Below are positions 17,998 to 27,557 of a stretch of DNA of 64,000 bases, one piece after another (position 1 is the first letter of the stretch; every line of letters begins with the position of its first letter). The DNA comes from a virus (lineage: Duplodnaviria; Caudoviricetes): the IMG/VR virus record IMGVR_UViG_3300046030_000054, positions 1 to 64,000 of that record; one strand, 5' to 3'. The position numbers were made by a program, and so were the translations under genes. The notes under the pieces are model-generated. The model was not told the DNA's origin. It saw only the letters and a list, made by a program, of their open reading frames with translations, and did no database searches.

Positions 17998-20253
17998 ATG
18001 CATTTTACTTTATCGACGGCAGTTAATTCCGGTCAGGCTAGCAATACGATCTATCCTCATCAACAAGCTATTACTAATGCACAGGAATTAGAACAAGCTG
18101 TCCGCTATGACCATGTCTGCGGTCAATTTCAAAATAACCAACGCACCATTGCCAACTTCATCAAAGCCGATTGCCTAATTATGGACTGCGATAACGATCA
18201 TTCTGACGATCCGACTACTTGGATCAAACCTGCAAACATTGCTAACTATTTCGATGATGTTTCCTACGCCATTACTTTCTCGCGAAACAATATGAAGGCC
18301 AAGCACCATAAAACACCCCGGCCTAAGTTTCACGTCTACTTTCCGATTACTGAGATTACGGATGCTAAAACCTACGCCGAACTAAAACACGAAATTCAAG
18401 AATACTTTCCCTATTTTGATGACAATGCGCTTGATGCGGCCCGGTTTGTCTTTGGTGTGCCTAGTACTAAAGCCATCTGGCATGAAGGATCACAAGCCGT
18501 GGACAAATTTATGATGGCCCAGCGTTACTTTGCTCAGCAAAACATCGGATCAATCCATGAAGGCAAACGTAATGCTACCCTTTCGCATTTTGCCGGTCGC
18601 ATCATTATGCGTCTTGGCAATACTGCTGAAGCTCGTCAGGCATTTCAGGAAGAAGCTGCTAAATGTGATCCACCACTAAGCAAGCAGGAATTAAAAAACA
18701 TCTGGCATAGTGCCACCAAATTTGGTCAACGCATGGCTAATCAAAAAGATTATATTCCGCCCGAAAAATACAATCAGCCCAATGATGACTTACAGCCAGC
18801 TGACTACTCGGACACTGGGGAATCTTATGTCTTTGTAAACAACTGTAAAGAGCGGGTCTGCTACACCAATCAATCAGGTTTTATGTGGTTCGACGGTAAG
18901 GTCTGGCAAGAATCGGAACCTTTAGCTCTCGGCGAAGTCCAACGTTTTACCGATAAACAATTAACTGATGCTCAGCTTCGTGTCACTAATAGTTATAAGA
19001 AGATTCAGCAAAATGGTGTGACATCCGCTTTGCAAGCAATGGGTAAAACTAAAGCTAGTCGGACTTTTAACGATGAACAACAGGCAGCGTTCAAGAATTA
19101 CGAAAATGCTAAAGCTTACGAAGCCTTCATTCTCAAGGAACGCAGCACCCGTGGTATTAACGGGATCTTAACTAATTCTCGACCAAAGCTCGTCAAAGAG
19201 ATTAATGATTTTGATGCTGATCCGTTTTTGTTGAACACGCCCAACGGACCTTTCAATTTAAAGAAAGGGATGCACGGTCAACAGGAAATTCAAGCTGATG
19301 AATTAATCACCAAATCCACATCCTGTATTCCTGGTAATCAAGGAGCTTCACTCTGGCAAGAAGCACTCACTACTTTCTTCTGTGGTGACCAAGCGTTGAT
19401 TAATTACGTCCAAGAAATTGTGGGACTGGTGGCGATCGGTCAGGTGTACCTGGAAGCTCTGATTATTGCTTACGGCAGCGGGAGGAATGGTAAGTCAACC
19501 TTCTGGAACACCATCGCTAATGTACTCGGCACTTATACCGGTCACCTCTCAGCTGATGCCTTGACCACTGGTGTCCGGCGAAACGTCAAACCAGAGATGG
19601 CCGAAGTCAAAGGCAAGCGACTAATCATCTCCGCGGAATTGGAAGAAGGTAAACGCCTGAACACTTCCATCGTCAAGCAACTTTGTTCAACTGATGAAAT
19701 CTATGCCGAAAAGAAATACATGAAACCTTTCTCCTTTACGCCCAGCCACACCATCGTGTTATACACCAATTACCTGCCCCACGTAGGTGGTAATGATGAA
19801 GGAATCTGGCGACGGTTAATTGTGATCCCCTTTAAAGCTACGATCGCTAAACGCAATGATATTAAGAATTACGCCCAGTACCTAACCGAAAAAGCTGGGC
19901 CGGCAGTCTTGCAGTGGATCATTGAAGGCGCACAGCGAACCATTCAGCAAAATTACCGATTAACTACTCCGGCGGCAGTCGAAAAAGCGGTCAATGCTTA
20001 CCATGCTGACAATGATTGGCTCGGACATTTTCTCAACGAAAAATGCGAATTAAACCCAGAATATGAGCAAAAGTCCGGTGACCTCTATCAAAAGTATCGC
20101 GAATACTGCCAAGGCATCGGTGAATATATCCGCAGCACGACTGACTTTTACACCGCCCTCAAAAATGCTGGCTTTCAACGTCAACATAAACAAAACGGTC
20201 GTTTCATCGAGGGACTGCGATTAAAAGTTGATGCCGACGAATTCCTCAGTTGA
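17998..20253 (+). CDS. P4-family phage primase/helicase (PriCT-1, D5-like SF3 helicase)
   Basis: DCDNDH, EGKRNATL, YGSGRNGKST Walker A, GIWRRLIVIPF. Confidence 0.9.
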   Translation: MHFTLSTAVNSGQASNTIYPHQQAITNAQELEQAVRYDHVCGQFQNNQRTIANFIKADCLIMDCDNDHSDDPTTWIKPANIANYFDDVSYAITFSRNNMKAKHHKTPRPKFHVYFPITEITDAKTYAELKHEIQEYFPYFDDNALDAARFVFGVPSTKAIWHEGSQAVDKFMMAQRYFAQQNIGSIHEGKRNATLSHFAGRIIMRLGNTAEARQAFQEEAAKCDPPLSKQELKNIWHSATKFGQRMANQKDYIPPEKYNQPNDDLQPADYSDTGESYVFVNNCKERVCYTNQSGFMWFDGKVWQESEPLALGEVQRFTDKQLTDAQLRVTNSYKKIQQNGVTSALQAMGKTKASRTFNDEQQAAFKNYENAKAYEAFILKERSTRGINGILTNSRPKLVKEINDFDADPFLLNTPNGPFNLKKGMHGQQEIQADELITKSTSCIPGNQGASLWQEALTTFFCGDQALINYVQEIVGLVAIGQVYLEALIIAYGSGRNGKSTFWNTIANVLGTYTGHLSADALTTGVRRNVKPEMAEVKGKRLIISAELEEGKRLNTSIVKQLCSTDEIYAEKKYMKPFSFTPSHTIVLYTNYLPHVGGNDEGIWRRLIVIPFKATIAKRNDIKNYAQYLTEKAGPAVLQWIIEGAQRTIQQNYRLTTPAAVEKAVNAYHADNDWLGHFLNEKCELNPEYEQKSGDLYQKYREYCQGIGEYIRSTTDFYTALKNAGFQRQHKQNGRFIEGLRLKVDADEFLS

Positions 20254-20420
20254 CTGTCATCGACTGTCACACTTTAAAACTCTAAAAGCTTGATACATCA
20301 GTGTTTACCAACCCTAATGACAGTCGTGACACTCTTTTACATTACTTGTATATAGGAATAAAAATAGAAAAAAAGAGTATAGAGAAGAGTAGTAAAACAA
20401 CTGTCACGACCGTCATTAAC
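20250..20420. repeat. Iterated TGACAGTCGTGAC-like direct and inverted motifs, putative replication origin
   Basis: CTGTCATCGACTGTCAC, ATGACAGTCGTGACAC, CTGTCACGACCGTCAT flanking a purine-rich tract; conserved at 60125-60295. Confidence 0.55.
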
Positions 20421-20465
20421 CCTGACGAATCACCGATATATCAACGTTTAGGAAGGATTTTACAA

Positions 20466-20747
20466 ATGTTAGAAAAACAAATCGAAACTACTTTTGTCAA
20501 AGCTACCCACCAACGCGGAGGTCTTTGCCTAAAGTTCACCTCCCCATCGATGGCCGGAGTACCTGATCGATTGGTCCTCCTGCCTGATGGTCACATGGGC
20601 TTTGTGGAGATGAAGGCTCCTGGTAAACATCCCCGCCCGTTACAAGTGCAAAGACTCAACCAGTTAAAACAACTTGGTTACCAGGTTTTTGTTTGCGATC
20701 AGTTTGATCAGATTGGAGGAATGCTAGATGCAATACAAACCGCATGA
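20466..20747 (+). CDS. VRR-NUC nuclease
   Basis: EKQIE..GGLCLKF.SP..GVPDR..FVEMKAPG. Confidence 0.88.
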   Translation: MLEKQIETTFVKATHQRGGLCLKFTSPSMAGVPDRLVLLPDGHMGFVEMKAPGKHPRPLQVQRLNQLKQLGYQVFVCDQFDQIGGMLDAIQTA

Positions 20748-22083
20748 ATACCAACAATACGCAACTCAGTTTATTCTGGATCATCCTGTGGCAGCAATCT
20801 TGCTTGATATGGGACTAGGTAAAAGCGTCATTACCCTAACTGCTATTAAACAACTTATTCAGCAGGGGAAAGTTCAACGGGTATTAGTTGTCGCTCCACT
20901 GCGTGTGGCTAAACAAACCTGGCCAGAAGAAATTGAAAAATGGGACCACTTAAAAGGCCTTAACTATTCAGTCGTCACTGGTTCTAAGTTTCAAAGGATC
21001 AAAGCACTGCAGCAAGATGTCGACATTTATATCATTAATCGGGAAAACTTAAAATGGCTAATTGAATCCTCTGGTACTTCCTTTGACTACGACATGTTGG
21101 TGATCGATGAACTCTCCAGTTTTAAGTCTTACCGCTCGCAACGCTTCAAAGCCCTCAAACGAGTGCGACCACTGATTAAGCGCGTAGTTGGCTTAACAGG
21201 CACACCGTCGTCTAATGGCTTGATGGATTTGTGGGCAGAGTTCCGCGTACTAGACATGGGCCAACGACTCGGCCGTTTCATCTCATCTTACCGAATGAAC
21301 TACTTTGACCCTGACAAGCGAAACATGTATCAAGTTTTTACCTACAAACCTAAGCCCGGTGCTGAACAAAGTATCTACCGCGCCATTGATGATATCACCA
21401 TTTCTATGAAGTCTAAGGACTACTTGAATCTGCCACCATTAACTATGAACACCGTTCCGGTAAAAATGAGTAATAGTGAGCAGGCAATCTATGATGAGCT
21501 TAATGCCCAGCTAGTAGTTTCAACCCAGGGTAAACAAATCGATGCCCTCAACGCAGCCAGTTTATCGAATAAACTTTGCCAGATGGCAAATGGTTGTGTC
21601 TACGACGACCAGCAGCAGATTGTTCAAATTCACCAGCGAAAACTTGATGCCCTTGAAGATTTGGTTGAAGCTGCTAATGGTAAACCTGTCTTGGTAGCTT
21701 ACTGGTTCAAACATGATCTAATCCAGATTAAAAGTCGTTTCAAGGTTCGTGAGATCAAAACACCCCGTGACATTCAGGACTGGAATGCCGGTAAGATTCC
21801 TTTAGCTTTGATCCACCCCGCTTCTGCTGGTCATGGTCTTAACCTGCAGGCTGGTGGTGCCACCTTGATTTGGTATGGATTGACTTGGAGCCTGGAGCTT
21901 TACCAGCAAACCAACGCTCGGCTCTGGCGACAAGGACAGCGTCAGCCAGTAGTTATCCACCACATCATCACCGAAGGAACCATTGACGAAAACATTCTGG
22001 CCGCCTTGAAACGTAAAGATAAAACCCAGCTAGCGTTAATCAATGCGGTGAAAGCCAACCTGAAAGGAAGTGTTGTGGCATGA
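20728..22083 (+). CDS. SNF2-family phage helicase
   Basis: DMGLGKS, VIDELS, GLTGTP, GHGLNLQ, QTNARLWRQGQ. Confidence 0.9.
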   Translation: MQYKPHEYQQYATQFILDHPVAAILLDMGLGKSVITLTAIKQLIQQGKVQRVLVVAPLRVAKQTWPEEIEKWDHLKGLNYSVVTGSKFQRIKALQQDVDIYIINRENLKWLIESSGTSFDYDMLVIDELSSFKSYRSQRFKALKRVRPLIKRVVGLTGTPSSNGLMDLWAEFRVLDMGQRLGRFISSYRMNYFDPDKRNMYQVFTYKPKPGAEQSIYRAIDDITISMKSKDYLNLPPLTMNTVPVKMSNSEQAIYDELNAQLVVSTQGKQIDALNAASLSNKLCQMANGCVYDDQQQIVQIHQRKLDALEDLVEAANGKPVLVAYWFKHDLIQIKSRFKVREIKTPRDIQDWNAGKIPLALIHPASAGHGLNLQAGGATLIWYGLTWSLELYQQTNARLWRQGQRQPVVIHHIITEGTIDENILAALKRKDKTQLALINAVKANLKGSVVA

Positions 22084-22547
22084 GTATCATGTGGAACTAC
22101 TTAGACAAACGACGAGCGACCGTCGCAGCCTTGAAAGATTACGATGGTATGAAGTTCATCATTGACTCTTACCAAGACGAACTGAAACTAGCTAAGGAAC
22201 AAATGGTTGGTGTCAGTTCGCCTCGCTATGGTTTCTCACCCAGTGGCAGCAAAAAGGATAACCCGACTGAACATCGCCTGCTGCATGGCATCGATGAGAC
22301 AACCAAGCTGAATGAACGCTACCAACAAGCCCAACTTTACTTCAAGTGGTTCGAGCCAGCCTGGCAAGAGTTATCTGAAGACGAGCGCTTTGTTTTAGAT
22401 GTCTGCTATCGTACTCCAAACCAGTCAATGAACGAGGGACTAACCATCGTGATGGACAAGTACTTCATTGCGAAAACCACTGCTTACAATCGAAAGAACA
22501 AAGCACTCGATCACCCCACGCTCTTACTTTATGGATCCCATCATTAG
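22080..22547 (+). CDS. ArpU/RinA-like late transcription regulator
   Basis: Position before the HNH/terminase module; C-terminal LSEDERFVL..YFIAKTTAYNRKNKAL HTH-like. Confidence 0.65.
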   Translation: MSIMWNYLDKRRATVAALKDYDGMKFIIDSYQDELKLAKEQMVGVSSPRYGFSPSGSKKDNPTEHRLLHGIDETTKLNERYQQAQLYFKWFEPAWQELSEDERFVLDVCYRTPNQSMNEGLTIVMDKYFIAKTTAYNRKNKALDHPTLLLYGSHH

Positions 22548-22695
22548 AAAGGTAAAACGCAGAACAAACAATCGGCTTATCTATGTTACGATGGTAGTGT
22601 AGAAAATTAGGATAAAGGCATTTGCTTTATAACATTGAAGCCTAGCGGTGCAAAACTGCTGGGCTTTTCTTATACCCTCAGAAAGGAGGAGTGTC

Positions 22696-23073
22696 ATGCC
22701 CTACTCACCCAAGAAACCCTGTCGTTACCCTGGCTGCCCGCGACTAACCCACAACACTTATTGTGACGTCCATGCTAAGCAAGTCAGCTCTCACTATAAT
22801 CGTTACCAACGACCAAAGCGTAGTCGTCCGCGCTATCATCACGGCTGGCCAAAGATCCGTCAACGCTACTTGCTCCACCATCCCTTCTGTGAGATGTGCC
22901 TGAGCCAAGGAAGGTATACCCAAGCCACCGAGGTCCATCACGTTCTGCCTCTGGAGCATGGTGGCACCAACGAGTTCAAGAACCTGATGGCATTATGTAA
23001 GCCATGCCACTCCCGCATCACTGCTCAGATGGATGATCGTTGGCATAAAAAGCCACGTCGATATCATTACTAA
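22696..23073 (+). CDS. Packaging-associated HNH endonuclease
   Basis: PKKPCRYPGC, CEMC, EVHHVLPL, NLMALCKPCHS. Confidence 0.9.
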   Translation: MPYSPKKPCRYPGCPRLTHNTYCDVHAKQVSSHYNRYQRPKRSRPRYHHGWPKIRQRYLLHHPFCEMCLSQGRYTQATEVHHVLPLEHGGTNEFKNLMALCKPCHSRITAQMDDRWHKKPRRYHY

Positions 23074-23192
23074 ACCACGGAGGGGACCATCAAATCCTTA
23101 AAAATTTTTCGCGCGGGAGCGGGCCTGGGCCTTCGTGTACAAAAAATCGAAATCAAACGGGGTATTAACCCCTGCCGAAAGGAGGGAGAGAT
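23074..23192 (+). other. Putative cos/packaging-site region
   Basis: GC-rich GGAGGGG..AAATCC..GCGCGGGAGCGGGCC between HNH and terS, the usual cos location in HNH/P27 phages; nearly identical at 62949-63067. Confidence 0.6.
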
Positions 23193-23735
23193 TTGGCTAA
23201 GGATGGTACGAATCGTGGTGGATCGCGGGTCGGCGCTGGGAGAAAATCTAAATCACTGCATGACAAGCTCGAAGCTGGCCAAGAAGCAACTGTTATCGAT
23301 TTGCCTGAACCAGCTAATCTGGAAGGACACGTGATGCCGCCAGTCAAGAAATACCTCAAGGCCAAACAGAAGAATGGTTTAGAATTTGACGCCGCTGATA
23401 TTTTTAAAGAAACCTGGGAATGGTTGGTCGAACGTGGTTGTGAAAAGCTAGTTAACACTCAGCTGATTGAACAATATGCCGTTAGCGTTAGCCGGTGGAT
23501 CCAGTGCGAAGAATGTATCTCTAAGTTTGGTTTTCTCGCTCGCCACCCTACCACTGGTAATGCAATTGCTTCACCATATGTTTCCATGAGTCGTGACTAC
23601 ATGAAGCAATCGAGCCAATTATGGTTTCAGATTTTTCAAGTGGTTAAAGAAAACAATGCCACGACTTATCAAGGATCAACACCCCAAGATGATGTCATGG
23701 AACGACTCTTAAGAAGTCGGAAAGGAATGAACTAA
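23193..23735 (+). CDS. terS: P27-family terminase small subunit
   Basis: GGSRVGAGRK, LIEQYA..RWIQCE, ASPYV. Confidence 0.85.
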   Translation: MAKDGTNRGGSRVGAGRKSKSLHDKLEAGQEATVIDLPEPANLEGHVMPPVKKYLKAKQKNGLEFDAADIFKETWEWLVERGCEKLVNTQLIEQYAVSVSRWIQCEECISKFGFLARHPTTGNAIASPYVSMSRDYMKQSSQLWFQIFQVVKENNATTYQGSTPQDDVMERLLRSRKGMN

Positions 23736-24961
23736 TGAAATTTATCAAGAAAAAAATTGCTGATCTAATTCCTGCCGATTACAATCCGCGTAAAGATCTC
23801 AAGCCTGGCGATCCTGATTACGAAAAGTTAAAACGTTCAATGAAAGAATTCGGTTATGTCGATCCAATCATCTGGAACCAACAAACTGGTCGCATAGTTG
23901 GAGGACACCAGCGGTTAAAGATTCTCCAGGATGAAGGGATCGAAGAAGCTGAGTGCGTTGTTGTTGACCTTAATGAAGAAAAAGAAAAAGCGTTGAATAT
24001 TGCGCTCAACAAGATCAGTGGTGATTGGGATAAGGATAAGTTAGCCCTCCTAATGACTGACTTACAAGCCAGTGATTTAGATGTTTCATTAACGGGATTT
24101 GACGAGAATGAGATCTCCGACCTTCTTGGCACGGCTGACGACACGCATGATGATGACTTTGACGTTGATAGCGAATTGGATAAACCGACCTTTTCAAAGC
24201 CTGGTGACTTATGGCACTTAGGTAAACACACTTTATTATGTGGTGACGCTACTAAAACAGAAAGCTACCAGAAATTACTGGGTGATCATAAGGTCAACCT
24301 AGTATTAACCGATCCTCCATACAATGTCGATTACTCTAGCAAAGCTGGCAAGATCAAGAATGATCATCAAGCCGATGACAAGTTCTACCAGTTTCTGCTT
24401 GCTGCTTTTCAAAATATGAATCAAGCAATGGCTAACGATGCCAGCATCTATGTATTTCACGCCGATACGGAAGGCCTTAACTTCCGCCGTGCTTTCCAAG
24501 ATGCTGGTTTTTATTTATCCGGTTGCTGTATCTGGAAGAAGCAATCATTAGTACTTGGTCGCTCTCCCTATCAGTGGCAACATGAACCCGTACTCTATGG
24601 ATGGAAGAAAGATGGCAAACACGAATGGTACACCGGGCGAAAGGAATCCACCATCTGGGAATTTGATCGCCCAAAGCAGAGTAAGGAACACCCAACGATG
24701 AAACCAATCCCACTATTAGCCTATCCAATCATGAATTCCACCATGTCCAACTGTACCGTTCTCGATCCATTCGGTGGTTCCGGTTCAACTCTGATTGCAT
24801 GCGAGCAAACTAATCGGATTTGTAACATGATGGAACTCGATCCTAAATATTGCGATGTGATTGTGCAACGTTATATTGAACAGGTTGGTTCAAGCAAAAA
24901 CGTTAGTGTGGAAAGAAATGGTAAAACTATTCTTTACAGCAAAGTAAAAAAGCCGGCTTAA
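23735..24961 (+). CDS. ParB-N domain + N4/N6 DNA methyltransferase
   Basis: PADYNPR, VGGHQR, TDPPYNV, HPTMKP, DPFGGSGST. Confidence 0.88.
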   Translation: MKFIKKKIADLIPADYNPRKDLKPGDPDYEKLKRSMKEFGYVDPIIWNQQTGRIVGGHQRLKILQDEGIEEAECVVVDLNEEKEKALNIALNKISGDWDKDKLALLMTDLQASDLDVSLTGFDENEISDLLGTADDTHDDDFDVDSELDKPTFSKPGDLWHLGKHTLLCGDATKTESYQKLLGDHKVNLVLTDPPYNVDYSSKAGKIKNDHQADDKFYQFLLAAFQNMNQAMANDASIYVFHADTEGLNFRRAFQDAGFYLSGCCIWKKQSLVLGRSPYQWQHEPVLYGWKKDGKHEWYTGRKESTIWEFDRPKQSKEHPTMKPIPLLAYPIMNSTMSNCTVLDPFGGSGSTLIACEQTNRICNMMELDPKYCDVIVQRYIEQVGSSKNVSVERNGKTILYSKVKKPA

Positions 24962-25033
24962 ATCGTCGAAGTTCCTTGCTATCTGTACCCTTTAGAGTGA
25001 TGTATACAGTGATCAAACAAGGAGGTACAGAAG

Positions 25034-25654
25034 ATGGAAATTAAATTTAATGTACACGGCCAGCAACGAAAAGAATTGGTGACGAAGCTGGCTGACTATA
25101 CTCATCGAAAGGCCGAATATCAATACACACCTACCTACGCTTATCAGATTGGCAAGTACACTGTTAACAAAGATGGAGTCCTAACATCCCCGGATGAGAT
25201 CCCGGCCAATTTACTCGATTATCTTGAACAGCAAGGCTTCCACCCTACTGAAATAATCAAGTTGAACCTAGCCTACCAGCGAGATAAGTTTACAGATCAG
25301 GCTCTTGATAACCTGCGCCACCTAATCTGGGCTAAGGGGCAGTTAATTAAGGACGCTTGCCAGCTGGAAGCCCTCCCCTTAAACGTCGATGAAAAACAGG
25401 TATCCTTCGATTGGTTTAAAGAAGTGAAACTTGACGATGCTTTTGCTTATCAACAATTTGTCGACAAGCTGGTCCAATATGCCATCAGCCACCAGCGAAT
25501 CATGTCAGAACCACACGAAGAGAGTAATGAAAAATATGCTTTCCGCTGTTTCCTGCTACGCCTAGGATTTATCGGTCCCAAGTTTAAAGACCAACGGAAA
25601 GTATTGTTACGCAACTTAACTGGATCAGCTGCTTTTAAGAACCAGGGGGACTAA
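25034..25654 (+). CDS. Conserved phage 'virulence-related' hypothetical protein
   Basis: YQYTPTYAYQIG, NEKYAFRCFLLRLGFIG..RKVLLRNLTGSAAFK. Confidence 0.7.
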   Translation: MEIKFNVHGQQRKELVTKLADYTHRKAEYQYTPTYAYQIGKYTVNKDGVLTSPDEIPANLLDYLEQQGFHPTEIIKLNLAYQRDKFTDQALDNLRHLIWAKGQLIKDACQLEALPLNVDEKQVSFDWFKEVKLDDAFAYQQFVDKLVQYAISHQRIMSEPHEESNEKYAFRCFLLRLGFIGPKFKDQRKVLLRNLTGSAAFKNQGD

Positions 25655-25656
25655 TC

Positions 25657-25863
25657 ATGAATCGAATTAAGGACGAATTAGCTAAACGTAACCGAATCCG
25701 CCAGCAGGTCTTAAAAATCCGCAACACTGGTGAAGCCAATATGTTTGATGTGGAAAATGTCAAAAGACTGGCATACTACTATAACTACCATGACTTAATC
25801 GATTACTTGAATACTGACCGCGCCGGATACGTAAATTTGATATTAACTGGCAAGTTTAATTAA
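25657..25863 (+). CDS. DUF5049-like small protein
   Basis: IRQQVLKIRNTGEANMFD..YVNLILTG. Confidence 0.7.
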   Translation: MNRIKDELAKRNRIRQQVLKIRNTGEANMFDVENVKRLAYYYNYHDLIDYLNTDRAGYVNLILTGKFN

Positions 25864-25872
25864 TCATCAATC

Positions 25873-25902
25873 AAGCATTGAGTTAACACTCAGTGCTTTT
25901 TT
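25873..25902 (+). terminator. Rho-independent terminator
   Basis: AAGCATTGAG/CTCAGTGCTT hairpin + T-run. Confidence 0.65.
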
Positions 25903-25930
25903 AGTACAACTGAAAGGATGTGATGCCCTC

Positions 25931-27529
25931 TTGCGAAAACTAAAAGATTACAAGCCAACTAGGTTCATGGCCAAGGACTCTACTTATAACAAAGACGCAG
26001 CTGATTTTGCAGTTTCATTTATCGAATGCCTATGCCATACCAAGGGAACCTGGGCGGGTAAGCCTTTTGACCTCATTGACTGGCAGGAAAAAATTATTCG
26101 CGACATTTTTGGCATCTTAAAACCTGATGGGTATCGTCAATTCAATACTGCTTACGTCGAAATTCCAAAAAAGCAAGGCAAATCAGAACTGGCGGCGGCT
26201 GTTGCTCTACTGCTTTGCTGCGCTGATGGTGAAGAACGTGCAGAAGTTTATGGTTGTGCTGCTGATCGCCAGCAGGCCGCCATTGTTTTTGACGTCGCCG
26301 CTGATATGGTGCGGATGAACCCAGCCTTAAAAAAGCGTTGTAAGATCCTCGCTTCCCAAAAACGGCTGATCTATGAGCCAACTAATAGTTTCTATCAAGT
26401 CCTATCTGCTGATGCTTATTCCAAGCACGGTTTCAACGTGTCAGGAGTAATTTTTGATGAATTACACACTCAACCCAATCGTAAACTCTACGACGTCATG
26501 ACTAAGGGTTCCGGCGATGCTCGAACGCAGCCGCTCTACTTTTTAATCACGACTGCCGGTAATGATGAACACTCTATCTGTTACCAGGTTCATCAAAAAG
26601 CAATCGACATCATGAAGGGCCGTAAACATGACCCCCGTTTTTATCCGGTTATTTACGGTGCCGGGCGTGATGAAGATTGGTCGAGTCCTGAAGTTTGGAA
26701 GAAAGCTAATCCCTCCCTGGGTATTACCGTCAAGATGGAGAAGGTTAAGGATGCTTATAATTCAGCTAAGGAGAATCCGGCTGAAGAGAACACCTTCCGA
26801 CAACTACGGTTAAATCAGTGGGTGAAGCAAGATGTTCGATGGATGCCGATGGACAAATGGGATGCTTGTGCCTTTCCTGTTGATCCCGATGAATTACGTG
26901 GCCGCGATTGCTATGGTGGCCTTGACCTGTCATCAACTACTGATATTACGGCTTTTGTACTGGTGTTTCCTCCTAGAGATGATTCAGAAGGTTACACCCT
27001 GCTACCTTACTTCTGGATTCCCGAGGATAACGTTGATTTGCGGGTTCGCCGTGATCATGTCCCCTACGATATTTGGAAGCAGCAGGGATATCTACAAACC
27101 ACAGAAGGTAATGTCGTCCACTATGGCTTCATAGAACACTTCATTGATGATCTCGGAAAGAAATACCATATCAAGGAAATTGCCTTTGACCGTTGGGGTG
27201 CAGTCGAAATGGTCCAGAATCTTGAAGGAATGGGCTTCACGGTAGTGCCATTTGGCCAAGGGTTCAAAGATATGACTCCACCAACCAAAGAGTTGATGCG
27301 CTTAACTTTGGAAAAGAAAATTGCTCACGGTGGACACCCAGTTTTGCGTTGGATGATGGACAACATCTACATTCGAACTGATCCGGCAGGCAACATCAAA
27401 CCAGATAAAGCAAAATCAACTGAAAAGATAGATGGCGTTGTCGCTACTATCATGGGATTGGATCGCGCCATTCGCAATGAAGACAGTGGTGATTCTGTTT
27501 ATGATGGTCGAGGTTTATTGATGTTGTAA
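25931..27529 (+). CDS. terL: Terminase large subunit (Terminase_1 type)
   Basis: EIPKKQGKS, VIFDELH, ITTAG, GGLDLS, KIDGVVA. Confidence 0.93.
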   Translation: MRKLKDYKPTRFMAKDSTYNKDAADFAVSFIECLCHTKGTWAGKPFDLIDWQEKIIRDIFGILKPDGYRQFNTAYVEIPKKQGKSELAAAVALLLCCADGEERAEVYGCAADRQQAAIVFDVAADMVRMNPALKKRCKILASQKRLIYEPTNSFYQVLSADAYSKHGFNVSGVIFDELHTQPNRKLYDVMTKGSGDARTQPLYFLITTAGNDEHSICYQVHQKAIDIMKGRKHDPRFYPVIYGAGRDEDWSSPEVWKKANPSLGITVKMEKVKDAYNSAKENPAEENTFRQLRLNQWVKQDVRWMPMDKWDACAFPVDPDELRGRDCYGGLDLSSTTDITAFVLVFPPRDDSEGYTLLPYFWIPEDNVDLRVRRDHVPYDIWKQQGYLQTTEGNVVHYGFIEHFIDDLGKKYHIKEIAFDRWGAVEMVQNLEGMGFTVVPFGQGFKDMTPPTKELMRLTLEKKIAHGGHPVLRWMMDNIYIRTDPAGNIKPDKAKSTEKIDGVVATIMGLDRAIRNEDSGDSVYDGRGLLML

Positions 27530-27557
27530 TTGCGAAGAACTGAAAGGAGTTGATGCC

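Noticed and set aside
20301-20465. N-terminal extension of VRR-NUC given by the ORF track
   Set aside because: It overlaps the putative origin, is absent from the E2 paralogue, and the RBS supports the start at 20466.
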